Shown here: one piece after another, positions 1 to 10,407 of the stretch | How positions within the stretch are numbered: position 1 is the stretch's first letter | How the letters are laid out: each line of letters starts with the position of its first letter | From: Aplysia californica | Lineage: Eukaryota | Length of the DNA stretch: 64,000 nucleotides | Assembly: GCF_000002075.1 (NCBI RefSeq) | Contig: NW_004797652.1 | Coordinates: 634,024 to 698,023 of the forward strand | Direction: 5' to 3' | Program-made: the position numbers and the translations under genes | Notes under the pieces: model-generated | What the model saw: the letters and a program-made list of their open reading frames with translations, nothing else | What the model was told of the DNA's origin: nothing | Databases searched by the model: none

Positions 1-90
1 AGAGGTGTTACAAGAGAGTAACAAACATAAAAAAGAAGAAGGGGAGATAAGGACGATAGATGTTTGATAGGAAAGAAGAAGCAGCAGCAG
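1..90 (-). mobile_element. Partial copy of the ~170 bp short retroelement family also at 58847-59017 and 62496-62668
   Basis: The reverse complement (CTTCTTCTTTCCTATCAAACATCTATCGTCCTTATCTC...TGTTTGTTACTCTCTTGTAACACCTCT) aligns closely with 62528-62608. Confidence 0.8.
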
Positions 91-99
91 AGTCTCAGT

Positions 100-180
100 T
101 TGGTAAAAGTTTTACTGCGCTCACAACTGCATAAGAAGTTCATATGAGTGCATGGGACATAAGTTGGTTCTTTTCAAGTC
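100..180 (-). mobile_element. I/Nimb-type LINE/SINE 3' tail
   Basis: The reverse complement TGTCCCATGCACTCATATGAACTT..ATGCAGTTGTGAGCGCAGTAAAACTTTTACCAAA matches the SINE tail at 32796-32852 and the LINE tail at 5795-5850. Confidence 0.75.
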
Positions 181-1719
181 TGAAGAGCTTGAAGTTTGAA
201 CTTACCAAAAGTGTAGAGCGTTCCAAACGACAGATGTACGAGAACTCCGCCAAATAGGACTGAGAGTCCTCGCCAGGTGCGACGGCTGATTCCTAAAATA
301 GTCATCTTTTCAACTAGTCTCTCCTCCCCTCGTGAATGTAATTCACACTCCTCCCGTAGAAATCCGATCAGTTCAATGAAGGCACACCCAGTTCCATTGT
401 AGAAGGAAAGTCATCCACTATCGTACCCTGAGACTCCAGAACATTAATGTGAAAGTCCAAGGGCCGTAGAGAACTCCAGCAAAACTGGACTTTTGACTTT
501 AGTGCTTCTGTTCCAGCGACAGTTCCATTCAACCAGTAGATGACGCAGTTTGCAATACTTCACAACAGTCAAGGTTGCAGGAGAAAAGGACGCTGTGACT
601 TAGGTCCCTCCGCCTCATAGGTCAGACATTCTCTGCATTCTGGGGAAGAAACGAAAAAAATGAAATTGTACCAAATATTCAGAGAAACAAAGAAATGGAT
701 TTCACAAATTATTTACAGATGCCAACTTCAGCAAATCAAATACTGTAAACGTTTTTTAGAATATCCAAACCAGCACTTTAAACTACTTCACATTCCCAGA
801 GTCTGAAACAAAGAAACATTTGTTAAAGAGCAATTTGCAGTACAAAACGAAAAGTGATCTCACGAGTATGGATACAACCACATCAATTTAAGATAAAGAG
901 CACAAATAAACCAAATCCAAAGCATTTCTACACTTTTCTTTCCTTTCTTTGTATCTGAAGAAGAAGAATGAGAGAGCCCCAGCTGTGTCTGGGTTCGGAG
1001 AAGACCAAGTCTGAGGTAAACTTTTTCTATAGTTTGAGCTAGTCTAGCACGTGAATATATATTAGCCAAATCAGCGGGACATGGAAATCTCTTTTTACGA
1101 AAAAATTTTGGGGCATGTACATCATGTATTAAATACAAAGATTATAGGTGTATAAGTGAGAGACAATTCGGGATTAACAATCTGTTCCTTAGACGTGTTC
1201 CACTGTGTGTATGTTCGTTATGTGTGTGCATTCTAGACTATAATTTTAACACATCCACCTCCAATTCTTTTTTTTTTTCAACAGTCAATGTATGAAACGC
1301 ATTGCTCTGCTCTCGATTCTATGTTTTGCAAATGTTTACTTTCACTCCCCCAAGCAGATGCACTGCTTTGAGGGTCAAACTGCAGTAAGATTTGCCTCAG
1401 ATCACACATATATAGCCACTAAAACCGTTGTTAATCAATTATTATCAAGAAAATTTCATACCTAATGGCAAAACATCAAGTTATGGGGAAAAACAGTGCC
1501 TCCCTCCCCATGGGAAAAACAGGGGGGGGGGGGAGGGGGCTGTAACCAACCAGATATTTTTTCCCTCAGGGAGACACGCCCCCTGAAATTCCCCGATTAG
1601 CCCAAAGCTAGGAATTACTACGCTATTACACTAAGGGCTAGGCTGACATCGTTCAAACTAAAAATATCCAACTTTTCTGAAACTACTCATCTGTGATGAT
1701 TATAAAGTCAATACTTCTT

Positions 1720-2240
1720 TACTTCTTTGTATTTTTCCCCTCCTCTGGTATCCTTAGGATGTCCAGGTGCAGGTTTCGGTCCTGTGCCAGGTGTGTGGCG
1801 TCTATGATAGAAATGTTATGTTGTTCCAGGACCTTTTTCACCCCATCCAGTCAGGTCTTTCTTGGTCTTCCTCTTGATTTGAAGCCGGATTCACAGGTGT
1901 GGTAAGCTCTTGCCGCTAGTTTCTGGGGCATTCTGGTTAGATATCCAAACCAGTTGATTCTTTGATGCTCAATGAAATTTATTACTGGTGGTATTCCGGT
2001 TTGTAAGCGTATTACAAGGTCAAGTTCCTTGCGGTCTCTTCTGGTGACATTGATGGTTTTGCGGAGACACCTCATTTCACATGCAATGATTTTTCTTTCT
2101 TACCTTGTTTAGAAGCCATGCGTGGTATGTTAAGGTTGGTATGAAGATGCTGTTGATGAGCTGGGAGTTCACTTCAGTTTGAATGTTCTTGTGACTGAGC
2201 AGGGGTGCGAGCTGGTAGGTTGACTGCCTTTGCCTTCATA
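1720..2240 (-). mobile_element. Degenerate RTE-clade LINE 3' fragment
   Basis: Minus-strand translation gives SIFIPTLTY..EMRCLRK..VTRRDR..QRINWFGYLTRM..RGRPRKT, typical of the region C-terminal to the RTE RT; it is broken by indels and stops. Confidence 0.8.
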
Positions 2241-2404
2241 GTTCCTTTTTTCTATTTCTTTCTACAAACACACATCTTGTGAAAATATTCTCCAAATAAA
2301 TTCCTCTGCTTGTGTTCCATAAATAAGGATGTTGAGTTTCCCTGGCTCTCTGCTGACCTTCGTACCTTGTTTTTGAAATGGAGATTTCCATGTTGAGATG
2401 TTTA

Positions 2405-2665
2405 CACGTACGGCGCTGCAAACTAACAAAGGGAGCCAAAGCAGCAGAAGCCAAGCGAATCACCAAGGCCAAACAAAACACGCAACGTGTGCAAGTCTAG
2501 AGCTGCCTCCACACAAGTCCTACAGCAGACTACCCGTGCCCACAATGTGGGCGAACCTTCCGAGCCCGGAGAGGACTAATCAGCCATCTCCGGACCCACA
2601 GTCACCATCAACAGACCAATTTGTGAAGTCATGGTCATCTTCATACTCGAAGGACGAACAACATG
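2405..2665 (+). mobile_element. RTE-BovB-like LINE 3' end
   Basis: Encodes the C-terminal C2H2 finger YPCPQCGRTFRARRGLISHLRTH and a stop, followed by the tail GTCATGGTCATCTTC..GAAGGACGAACAACA. Confidence 0.85.
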
Positions 2666-2670
2666 CATGA

Positions 2671-3475
2671 ATAAGGTGTGAACGAGGCAAGGTGTGTAAG
2701 GTGTGAACGAGGCAAGGTGTATAAGGTGTGAACGAGGCAAGAGGTGTGAACGAGGCAAGAGGTGTGAACGAGGCATGGTGTATAAGGTGTGAACGAGGCA
2801 AGAGGTGTGAACGAGGCAAGGTGTATAAGGTGTGAACGAGGCAAGGTGTGTAAGGTGTGAACGAGGCAAGGTGTGTAAGGTGTGAACGAGGCAAGGTGTA
2901 TAAGGTGTGAACGAGGCAAGGTGAGGTGTGAACGAGGCAAGAGGTGTGAACGAGGCAAGAGGTGTGAACGAGGCAAGGTGTATAAGGTGTGAACGAGGCA
3001 AGAGGTGTGAACGAGGCAAGGTGTATAAGGTGTGAACGAGGCAAGAGGTGTGAACGAGGCAAGGTGTATAAGGTGTGAACGAGGCAAGAGGTGTGAACGA
3101 GGCAAAGTGTATAAGGTGTGAACGAGGCAAGAGGTGTGAACGAGGCAAGGTGTGTACGGTGTGAACGAGGCAAGGTGTATAAGGTGTGAACGAGGCAAGG
3201 TGTGTACGGTGTGAACGAGGCAAGGTGTGTACGGTGTGAACGAGGCAAGGTGTGTACGGTGTGAACGAGGCAAGGTGTGTACGGTGTGAACGAGGCAAGG
3301 TGTGTAGGTGTGAACGAGGCAAGGTGTGTACGGTGTGAACGAGGCAAGGTGTGTACGGTGTGAACGAGGCAAGGTGTGTAGGTGTGAACGAGGCAAGGTG
3401 TGTACGGTGTGAACGAGGCAAGGTGTGTACGGTGTGAACGAGGCAAGGTGTGTAGGTGTGAACGAGGCAAGGTGG
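2671..3475. repeat. Minisatellite with 16-nt core GGTGTGAACGAGGCAA and mainly 18/24/25-nt units
   Basis: About 35 visible tandem copies of the core, separated by GA, GGTGT(A/G)TAA, GGTGTGTAC or GGTGTGTA. Confidence 0.97.
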
Positions 3476-3837
3476 CACGGGATTTTATTTTTGTTTTCAT
3501 GAAGGGTTTTAGTTTTAGCTTTAGGGGTGACTTCTCGCTGTACATTTTGAAGACATTTTCCAATGAAGTATAATAGTCCGAGAGCATTGCCCAAACCACG
3601 ACTGAAGTCCCTGAATATTCAGACATTAAAAAATTTCTACATCTGAGCATGAGAGAGTAGAGAAAGTAAAAGAATATCCCTGTAATGTCCTGGGTTCATA
3701 TTAGACTTGTGAATTAGTTTATACAAAGGTACTTTGAAACTATGTCATGTGAAAAGAACAAAAACAAACTATGATCCTTCCTCGGCCTACAACAATTAGA
3801 TATCTAGGTCAACAATGAGTAAGGAATTAACTTTTGT

Positions 3838-3978
3838 AAGGAAGGACTTCCATAAAGAGCGATCCCCCCATCAAAAACAATCCTAAAGAAGAGACCTAAC
3901 CCTACAAACCCCACCCCTAGCCTAGCCCTCTATTTTACTCTGTCTCATAGCGCTCGCTCCTTACGGAAGTCCTCCCTT
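3838..3978. mobile_element. Small foldback (MITE/HINE-like) element
   Basis: Imperfect 24-nt inverted repeats (AAGGAAGGACTTCCATAAAGAGCG / CGCTCCTTACGGAAGTCCTCCCTT) flank CCTAACCC-like motifs. Confidence 0.6.
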
Positions 3979-4474
3979 TTTTAAAGTCAAGAAGTTGAAG
4001 AAGCCCTTCCCGTTTTACTTTTAAAGGTTTAAAAACTTCTGCTTGGCCTAAACTTTGATAACTAACGTGAGAAAGAATAATAAAGGCGGTAAAAGTAAAG
4101 TAGTTGCAAATCAAAAATTAAAGTCAAAGCCTAAAATGGACTAAAACTAAAAAACTCTAAGTCTGGATGTGTAAAGCCCGCTCACGGCTCACGCAAAGAA
4201 AATTGATTAACATTACTACATCAAACGTTTGATTGCAGTGCTCCGAATCAAATCCTACTAGAATTTGACGCTGATGAAGATTCTGAAGTCAGACTTGCAA
4301 AATTTTGACTTTGGCACCCTTTTGTTTTTAGCGTCAAGTACCTCGATCTCCGATCTGACAGATAATTTTCAGTCTCGTTCTGAATTCAAGCAATCTCACG
4401 GTTTGTTGAGATTTTTAGGAAGTGCCTATTTGCAACGCCGTGTTGCCATTAGCGCCAGCCCTAAATAAAACGTC

Positions 4475-4522
4475 GTGTCGCCGTGCGTGTCGCCATGCGT
4501 GTCGCCGTGCGTGTCGCCGTGT
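4475..4522. repeat. 12-nt tandem repeat (GTGTCGCCGTGC) x4
   Basis: Directly visible. Confidence 0.85.
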
Positions 4523-4559
4523 GTTAAATATAAGGCTTAATCTACCTTTCTTTGTTGGG

Positions 4560-4850
4560 AGTTTGGATGGCCAAAAGGGCAGCGTGTCTGTGTATGAAGT
4601 CAAATCATCAATTTATGAGTGGGTTCGAATCCTGGTCCTGGAAGGTTTTTTTTCTTCTATTTTTTCTCTTCTTCTCCTCTTCCCGACTGACCAACAATTT
4701 CTTCCTTAATTATTATAACTTGTTGCTTTGTAGTTTTTTCTGTAGTGAACTAGATGGAGCATGCACATTCTGGTTTTGTCCCCAAGACGAGCTTTTACAC
4801 CAACATGACTTTTCTTTTTACCAAAAATTAGGCCTGGTTAAAGTTCAATA
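4560..4850 (+). mobile_element. Degenerate repeat with tRNA-like head; homolog at 7785-7980
   Basis: A-box-like TGGCCAAAAGGG and B-box GGGTTCGAATCC. Shares GCAGCGTGTCT, CCGACTGACCAACA and TTAGGCCTGGTTAAAGTT with 7785-7980. Confidence 0.6.
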
Positions 4851-5520
4851 GTGGCTTTCCTAGGTCACTGAGTCTAATTATTATCTTATTTTTATTTTAG
4901 GCTCAAGAGAAGAAAAGAAAAAAAATTTCCAGGGACCGGGATTCGATGCCATGCTATGAAGCACTGAACATTAGAGAACGTAGATCTAGACAGCTTGTGT
5001 AGGCCTATATGTTCTCTAGGCCTAACGTTAGAGAACGTAGACACTACCCCCTGCTAATTAAAACGCCAAAGCCTAGATCAGGCGATGTAATGTGTGATGG
5101 CAATATATACAGTGCACGCAGAGATAATATTTTAATTAGATTCTAGATTTATTGTATGATGACACCGCGGATAGGAAATATAAGATCTGGATCTAGTGCT
5201 GACCGAGTTGTACTGTTTTGTTATTAAATTGTTATCATGCGCATTTCGACTTACTTGCTCAAACACCAACTCAAAAGATGATGATTATGAGAGATGAATA
5301 GAGTAGATCTAGAGAATCTAGAAGAATCTATTTTTGCGCAAACAATGTCAGAAACAATAGTTAGATCTAGATCAGATCTACCAAATATTGATCGGAAGAC
5401 AACGTCGTAAAAAAAGGAGTCAAATCCTAGGAGGTTTATCCAGAAACTGAGAAAACTTCCACAATTCAGGCAGAACTACAATATTATTATGCAGAAACGA
5501 TGGCTACTGGATCTAGTACT

Positions 5521-5696
5521 AGCGTTTCAAATAGCATGGGAGCTCAGAATCAGAACGCAGCGTTTCAAATAGCATGGGAGCTCAGAATCAGAACGCAGCG
5601 TTTCAAATAGCATGGGAGCTCAGAATCAGAACGCAGCGTTTCAAATAGTATGGGAGCTCAGAATCAGAACGCAGCATTTCAAATACTATGAGAGCT
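5521..5696. repeat. 38-nt tandem repeat, ~4.6 copies
   Basis: Unit AGCGTTTCAAATAGCATGGGAGCTCAGAATCAGAACGC starts at 5521, 5559, 5597 and 5635, with a partial copy at 5673. Confidence 0.95.
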
Positions 5697-5769
5697 ACAG
5701 GGGCGGTTCGTCCATAGAGCACGGTCGTGCAGTGCCGTCCAAAATGTTTTAATGTTCTATTACGTAAAA

Positions 5770-6340
5770 CATATATATATATATATATAGTATAAGGTTT
5801 TACGGCGCTCGCAACTGCTAAGGTCATATGAGCGCGCGAAACACAAGTTGTTCACTTTTGCAAAAGTTCACTTCACGACTGGTTAACTAATTTACTTTAA
5901 AATGCTAAAAAGTTAAAATATTCAAACTCGGTGTAAATACATTTGTGATTTAAAACAACTTTTAAGTAACAATAAAAATTTTTAATAATATCAAATTCAC
6001 TCTACAACTCGCCATAAAGGCCAATGGCATTTATAAAATTTAAAATTCTGCTGGGAACAACGACGGAAAAAATATCCTGCAATTTCTTGCATTTATAATA
6101 TTTCCTTCGGATCTCTCCAAAGTCCAGACATTCTGTTAAAATGTGTCTAATGGTAAAATCTGTGTCGCATCCGACACAGAACGGCTTCTCATCTCCCTGT
6201 AGGAGGTATTTGTGGGTCAGGGCCGTGTGTCCGATGCGCAATCGAGTAAAAATGACTTCGTCTCTTCTGGAGAGGTCCGAAGGATTTCGCTGTTCTAGTC
6301 TGGGTTTTATTTCATATAGTTTATTTTTATGCCTACAATA
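5770..6340 (-). mobile_element. 5'-truncated I-clade (Nimb/I-like) LINE: ORF2 C-terminus, 3' UTR and (TA)n tail
   Basis: NKLYEIKP..RRDEVIFTRLRIGHTALTH..CVGC..TIRHILTEC (CCHC finger) with stop at 6002; tail GCGCGCTCATATGACCTTAGCAGTTGCGAGCGCCGTAAAAC followed by a TA repeat. Confidence 0.88.
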
Positions 6341-7499
6341 GTAAAATAAAGACGCCAGAAAGAAACACTGGCCAAATATATCAAAATACATTTCTCACTG
6401 GCGCCGTAACTGTCATTTCTGTGTCCACAGCGCCGTAAAACATCTACCATGCCATGCCTAAGTTCATGCGCTGTATCTAAACATAACAGGATAGTCAGCA
6501 GTGGAAACCTGACCTATAAATCGCTCTTTGGAATAACCCAAGCGATGATGACACTCGTAGCGAGTTTGGCGGTACATTATTATTAATAAGACGGCACATC
6601 TCAAATGTGCTCCTGCCGAATAGTTCCGAAATATTGCCCACAGTAGGCAATCTAAAAATAAACGCGATAGACTGTGCACTATTCTACGCCAAAATTATGT
6701 CAGCCCTGGAGCAATCCAGCGGAGTGCTCAAGTGAATTGTGATTGGTTCATTGTCTTGCCGCTATTTTAAGCGACTCTGTGACCGTGAACCTGAGGGAGG
6801 TGAACGTGACATACTTAAGTCACCGTCCTATGAGTTGTGCTTTTGAATGGTTTTGTAGTGGAGTGGTGAACGTTATTACTTGAGTGTTCAGTTCTAAAGC
6901 AGGATGAAAGAAATTGACGTTTAGCTAACAAACAGATTTAGTTCTAGAAGTCAAAGCCACAAGTAAAATTAATGAAAATAGAATCACAAGGCTCTCCCTC
7001 ACCAAACCAAAGATCCTAAAATTATACACCATCTCATTTACTCTGCCCTTGATTATCTTCAACCTAAGATAGCTTAATTGTGCACCCCCACTTTTTTAAC
7101 CCACGAGCCGCCCCTGGGGAGCTCTTCAGAACGCGACGTTGCAACTAGCGCCCGCCAGATTTTTAACAGAGCAGTCCAGATTTTGGTCTTGAGATCATCT
7201 TGGGATCTTCTTGAGGTCGCTTTCAGTTGGTCTTGAGACCACCTCAAGACGGGCACACCCTTTTAACTGCGTCGTAGTGAGTGGCGGGCTTCAAAGAGTG
7301 TATATATCAGTAACATGACACAAGGACAAAATTAAAACCAAGTCTAGTCGTACTTAGAACTAGGTTTGGCCCTATTGACTCAAACCTGATGAGTACACAG
7401 GTCTCATTAGATCTAGGTCTAGTAGCCTAATTATTAAAGTTTCAAATACATGCAAGTCAGTAAGGCACCTTTTGGTTTTGTCTGAAATACAAATACTTT

Positions 7500-8161
7500 C
7501 TGAGTGGTTATCCGTACAATTGTGCGAACAACTCTATCTAGTTATCCGTACAACATTGTACGTACAATTGCAACACAATTAGGTCTAGATTCTATACGAA
7601 TAATTGCTACAATCAGCAACAATCATCCGTACAATAATACGTGCCCACAGGCCTAGATCTACATGTTCTATCATAGTAGACCGGCGCGACGCCGGAGAAT
7701 AGCCACTTGCCTAGAAATATGTGTTGCGTTGAAACCGTGCTGTAAAAATATTTCAGCTTTTACTACCTCATTCTGTTGTTAGTTCTGATGGCTGAAATAG
7801 CAGCGTGTCTACGTTTGAAGAAGTATTAGTTATGAGTGTGAGTTCGAATCCCAGTCTCGGGAGTTTTTTGTTTTTTCTTCTCTCTCCTCCCCCGACCGAC
7901 TGACCAACATTTTTTTCCTTCATAATCAATCTACTCTACTTTTCCTTTTGGCCTACCAATTTAGGCCTGGTTAAAGTTATTAATATCGATGCTCAACCCA
8001 GGGGAGAACTAACTGGATGACTAGATCTAGTGATCGGGGCTTATTTTTACCGACAAGCTCCAAAATTCGAATAATTGTACGAATAACTGTGTCTGGTATT
8101 GGTACAATTGTACTAATAATTAGTTAGAGTTGTACGCACTATTGTACCAATAACCGCAGCC
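7500..8161. mobile_element. Non-autonomous TIR element with 8-bp TSD AATACTTT
   Basis: ~50-nt imperfect TIRs (7505-7552 vs 8108-8157); TSD at 7492-7499 and 8162-8169; empty paralogous site near 10170. Confidence 0.75.
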
Positions 8162-8322
8162 AATACTTTAGGCACTGCAAACTAAAAATTTCATTTACAA
8201 CGTTCAGCCTTAAGTATGGCTANNNNNNNNNNNNNNNNNNNNNNNNNNNNNNNNNNNNNNNNNNNNNNNNNNNNNNNNNNNNNNNNNNNNNNNNNNNNNN
8301 NNNNNNNNNNNNNNNNNNNNNN

Positions 8323-8560
8323 CCTAGCCGCTAAGTACGGCTAGCTAAGCAGGAAGTACAGCTAGCTAAGCAGGAAGTACGGCTAGCCTGCCAGTCTAGT
8401 TGTAGGCTACTTAGCCGTTAAGTACGGCTAGCTAAGCAGGAAGTACGGCTAGCTAAGCGGCTAGCTAAGCGGCTAGCTAAGCAGGAAGTACGGCTAGCTA
8501 AGCAGGATGTACGGCTAGATGTACGGCTAGCCTGCCAGTCTAGTCGTAGGCTACTTATCT
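8323..8560. repeat. Minisatellite of ~21-nt GGCTAGCTAAGCAGGAAGTAC variants
   Basis: Directly visible; abuts the gap at 8223-8322. Confidence 0.85.
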
Positions 8561-8626
8561 AAGGCCTTAGTAACATTACAAAACAGGTCTCATTAGTAAG
8601 TTTATTCAAGTTTAAAATTGTCAGTA

Positions 8627-10144
8627 TAGTCCGTGCCGGCTTTAAGCACGCCGGCATAAAGCACATTTCGGACAGAAAGCACGCTAAATGGCTCTTACCG
8701 AAATTTTGCTATACAAATTACACACCTTTAAGCACGGTTACTTTGGCTTCAGGCACGCTTCATTTACAAGACAGTCAATACTTTCATGATGACCCATCAA
8801 AGTTCGAACACAGCCTACACTGCAGCGGTGAGTTTGTTTTAAGAGAAACAATGAGAATGCAAGGGATGGAGACACACACATGCGTGGAGAGGAAGGCAGA
8901 AAGATGCACACAGCCGTGCGCGTGGACATAGGATCTAGCCTAGGGCAAAGTTACACCCAGACAAAAAAATACAAAGAGAGTCGGGGAGACGAGAAAGGGA
9001 GGCTGGCTGCGATTTCTTCTTTGACCCTCGCTATCCGATAACCCTGATTGTGTATCACGCGCTAGGTGGGATGAAGGCGGTGGTATGAATATGGCACAGC
9101 GAGCAGTGGTAGGCCTAGTGAGCTGTATCGTGACTAGCCGTCTCAATTAAGTTTTCATTTCCCTTTGGATCACAAAACAAAAACAAACAAGCGAACAAAA
9201 ACTACCATGGCGGGTGTCTAAATAACAGCACACTTTTGCGGGACCGCTATAGGCCTACTTACAAACAAAGGGAAATAGCACGTGACATTTTCTACCTGAA
9301 AATCTCTGGATCATGTCTACTCCGCACTCACGCACGCTTCGGCATTAATAAGAACGTTTTAAAAGCTTTCTCCTGATGACCGTGCTGCCGTGCTTAAGAA
9401 GGGGGGGAGAGGGGGGGCTACACCCCCAAAATCAAAATTCGGCTCAAAATTATGGAATTTGAGTTGTAGGCATTTTTAGCTTCCTCAACATCTCCTACAA
9501 CTCTTTCATGGCATAAGAACCCCCAAAAACCGTATTTTTTCCCATACCGGGCATGTTTGTAACCGCCATTTCCTCATAAAGTCAGTATTTTATTTTTCTT
9601 TATCGGCCGTTTTCTCAAAAATGCGACTTTTCTCTATACTTTTTTTGAATAACTCCACCATTTTTCATCCAATCTTCATGACATTTTCACAGAATGAAGA
9701 GAAGAGGTAATACTAAAAATTTGTTTGTTGAATTTTTGATATATGGAATAAATTTTTGTTGATGGTGTCTGGAGTGTGGATTTTCACAGATTTTTTGCAA
9801 ACTTGAAATATACCTCAGGAAAAAATTCATTAAAAATGTTCTAATGCGATTAGGAAAAAAACAACAAACAGATTTTTAGATCTAATGTTTGTGAACACGC
9901 ATGCAAAAAAACAATCAATTTCCATGAGCGATAAATGCGGCATTCATTACGTAAGACATGTCAATAAAATCCAATATGGCGGCGTATCCATGGAAACGAA
10001 ACTTTTTTCTCAAATTTGATTGCAGATTTTAAGACTCCTTACTATGCTTGTTATATGTGTGAAATTTGGTAAAATTCGGTCCAGTAATAAGCGAGATAGC
10101 CTCCAGGTGTAGCCCCCCCCCCCCCTTAAAGCCAGCATGGACTG
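8627..10144. mobile_element. Tc1/mariner (pogo-like) MITE with TA TSD, right TIR interrupted by a Kolobok-like MITE
   Basis: Left end TA|TAGTCCGTGCCGGCTTTAAGCACG; right end CGTGCTTAA[insert]AGCCAGCATGGACTG|TA; empty site GTCAGTAAGGCACC at ~7456-7469. Confidence 0.8.
9398..10125. mobile_element. Kolobok-like non-autonomous DNA transposon, copy 1
   Basis: TTAA on both sides; TIRs GGGGGGGCTACACC / GGTGTAGCCCCCCC; colinear with the copy at 40050-40786. Confidence 0.82.
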
Positions 10145-10407
10145 TAAGGCACCTGGTTTTGTCTCAAATTCAAATACTTTAGGCTTTAGGTACTGCAAAC
10201 TAACCGCACACTAAACATTTATTTACAATTCAGTAGGCCTATTTTTGTTGTTTGTCAGTCTAGCCATCATATAGAATCTTCTAGATCTAGATCTAGATTT
10301 CTAGATATCTATAGAATTTTAAGTCGTACAGCAAGCCCAGCTGTCTTGCCCTACAGTACAGTAGCCTAACAGTCTAGCCTAACAGTCTAGCCGTCATTAA
10401 GTACTGA

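Noticed and set aside
600-660. Minus-strand splice acceptor at ~640
   Set aside because: All three downstream frames close quickly and no homology is recognisable.
2671-3475. CRISPR-like constant repeat with variable spacers
   Set aside because: Linkers are only 2-9 nt and recur; eukaryotic context and no cas genes.
2576-3650. Three overlapping 300-356 aa minus-strand ORFs
   Set aside because: They are translations of the minisatellite, which happens to lack stops on that strand.
5521-5696. 38-nt repeat as a CRISPR array
   Set aside because: Units are head-to-tail with no spacers.
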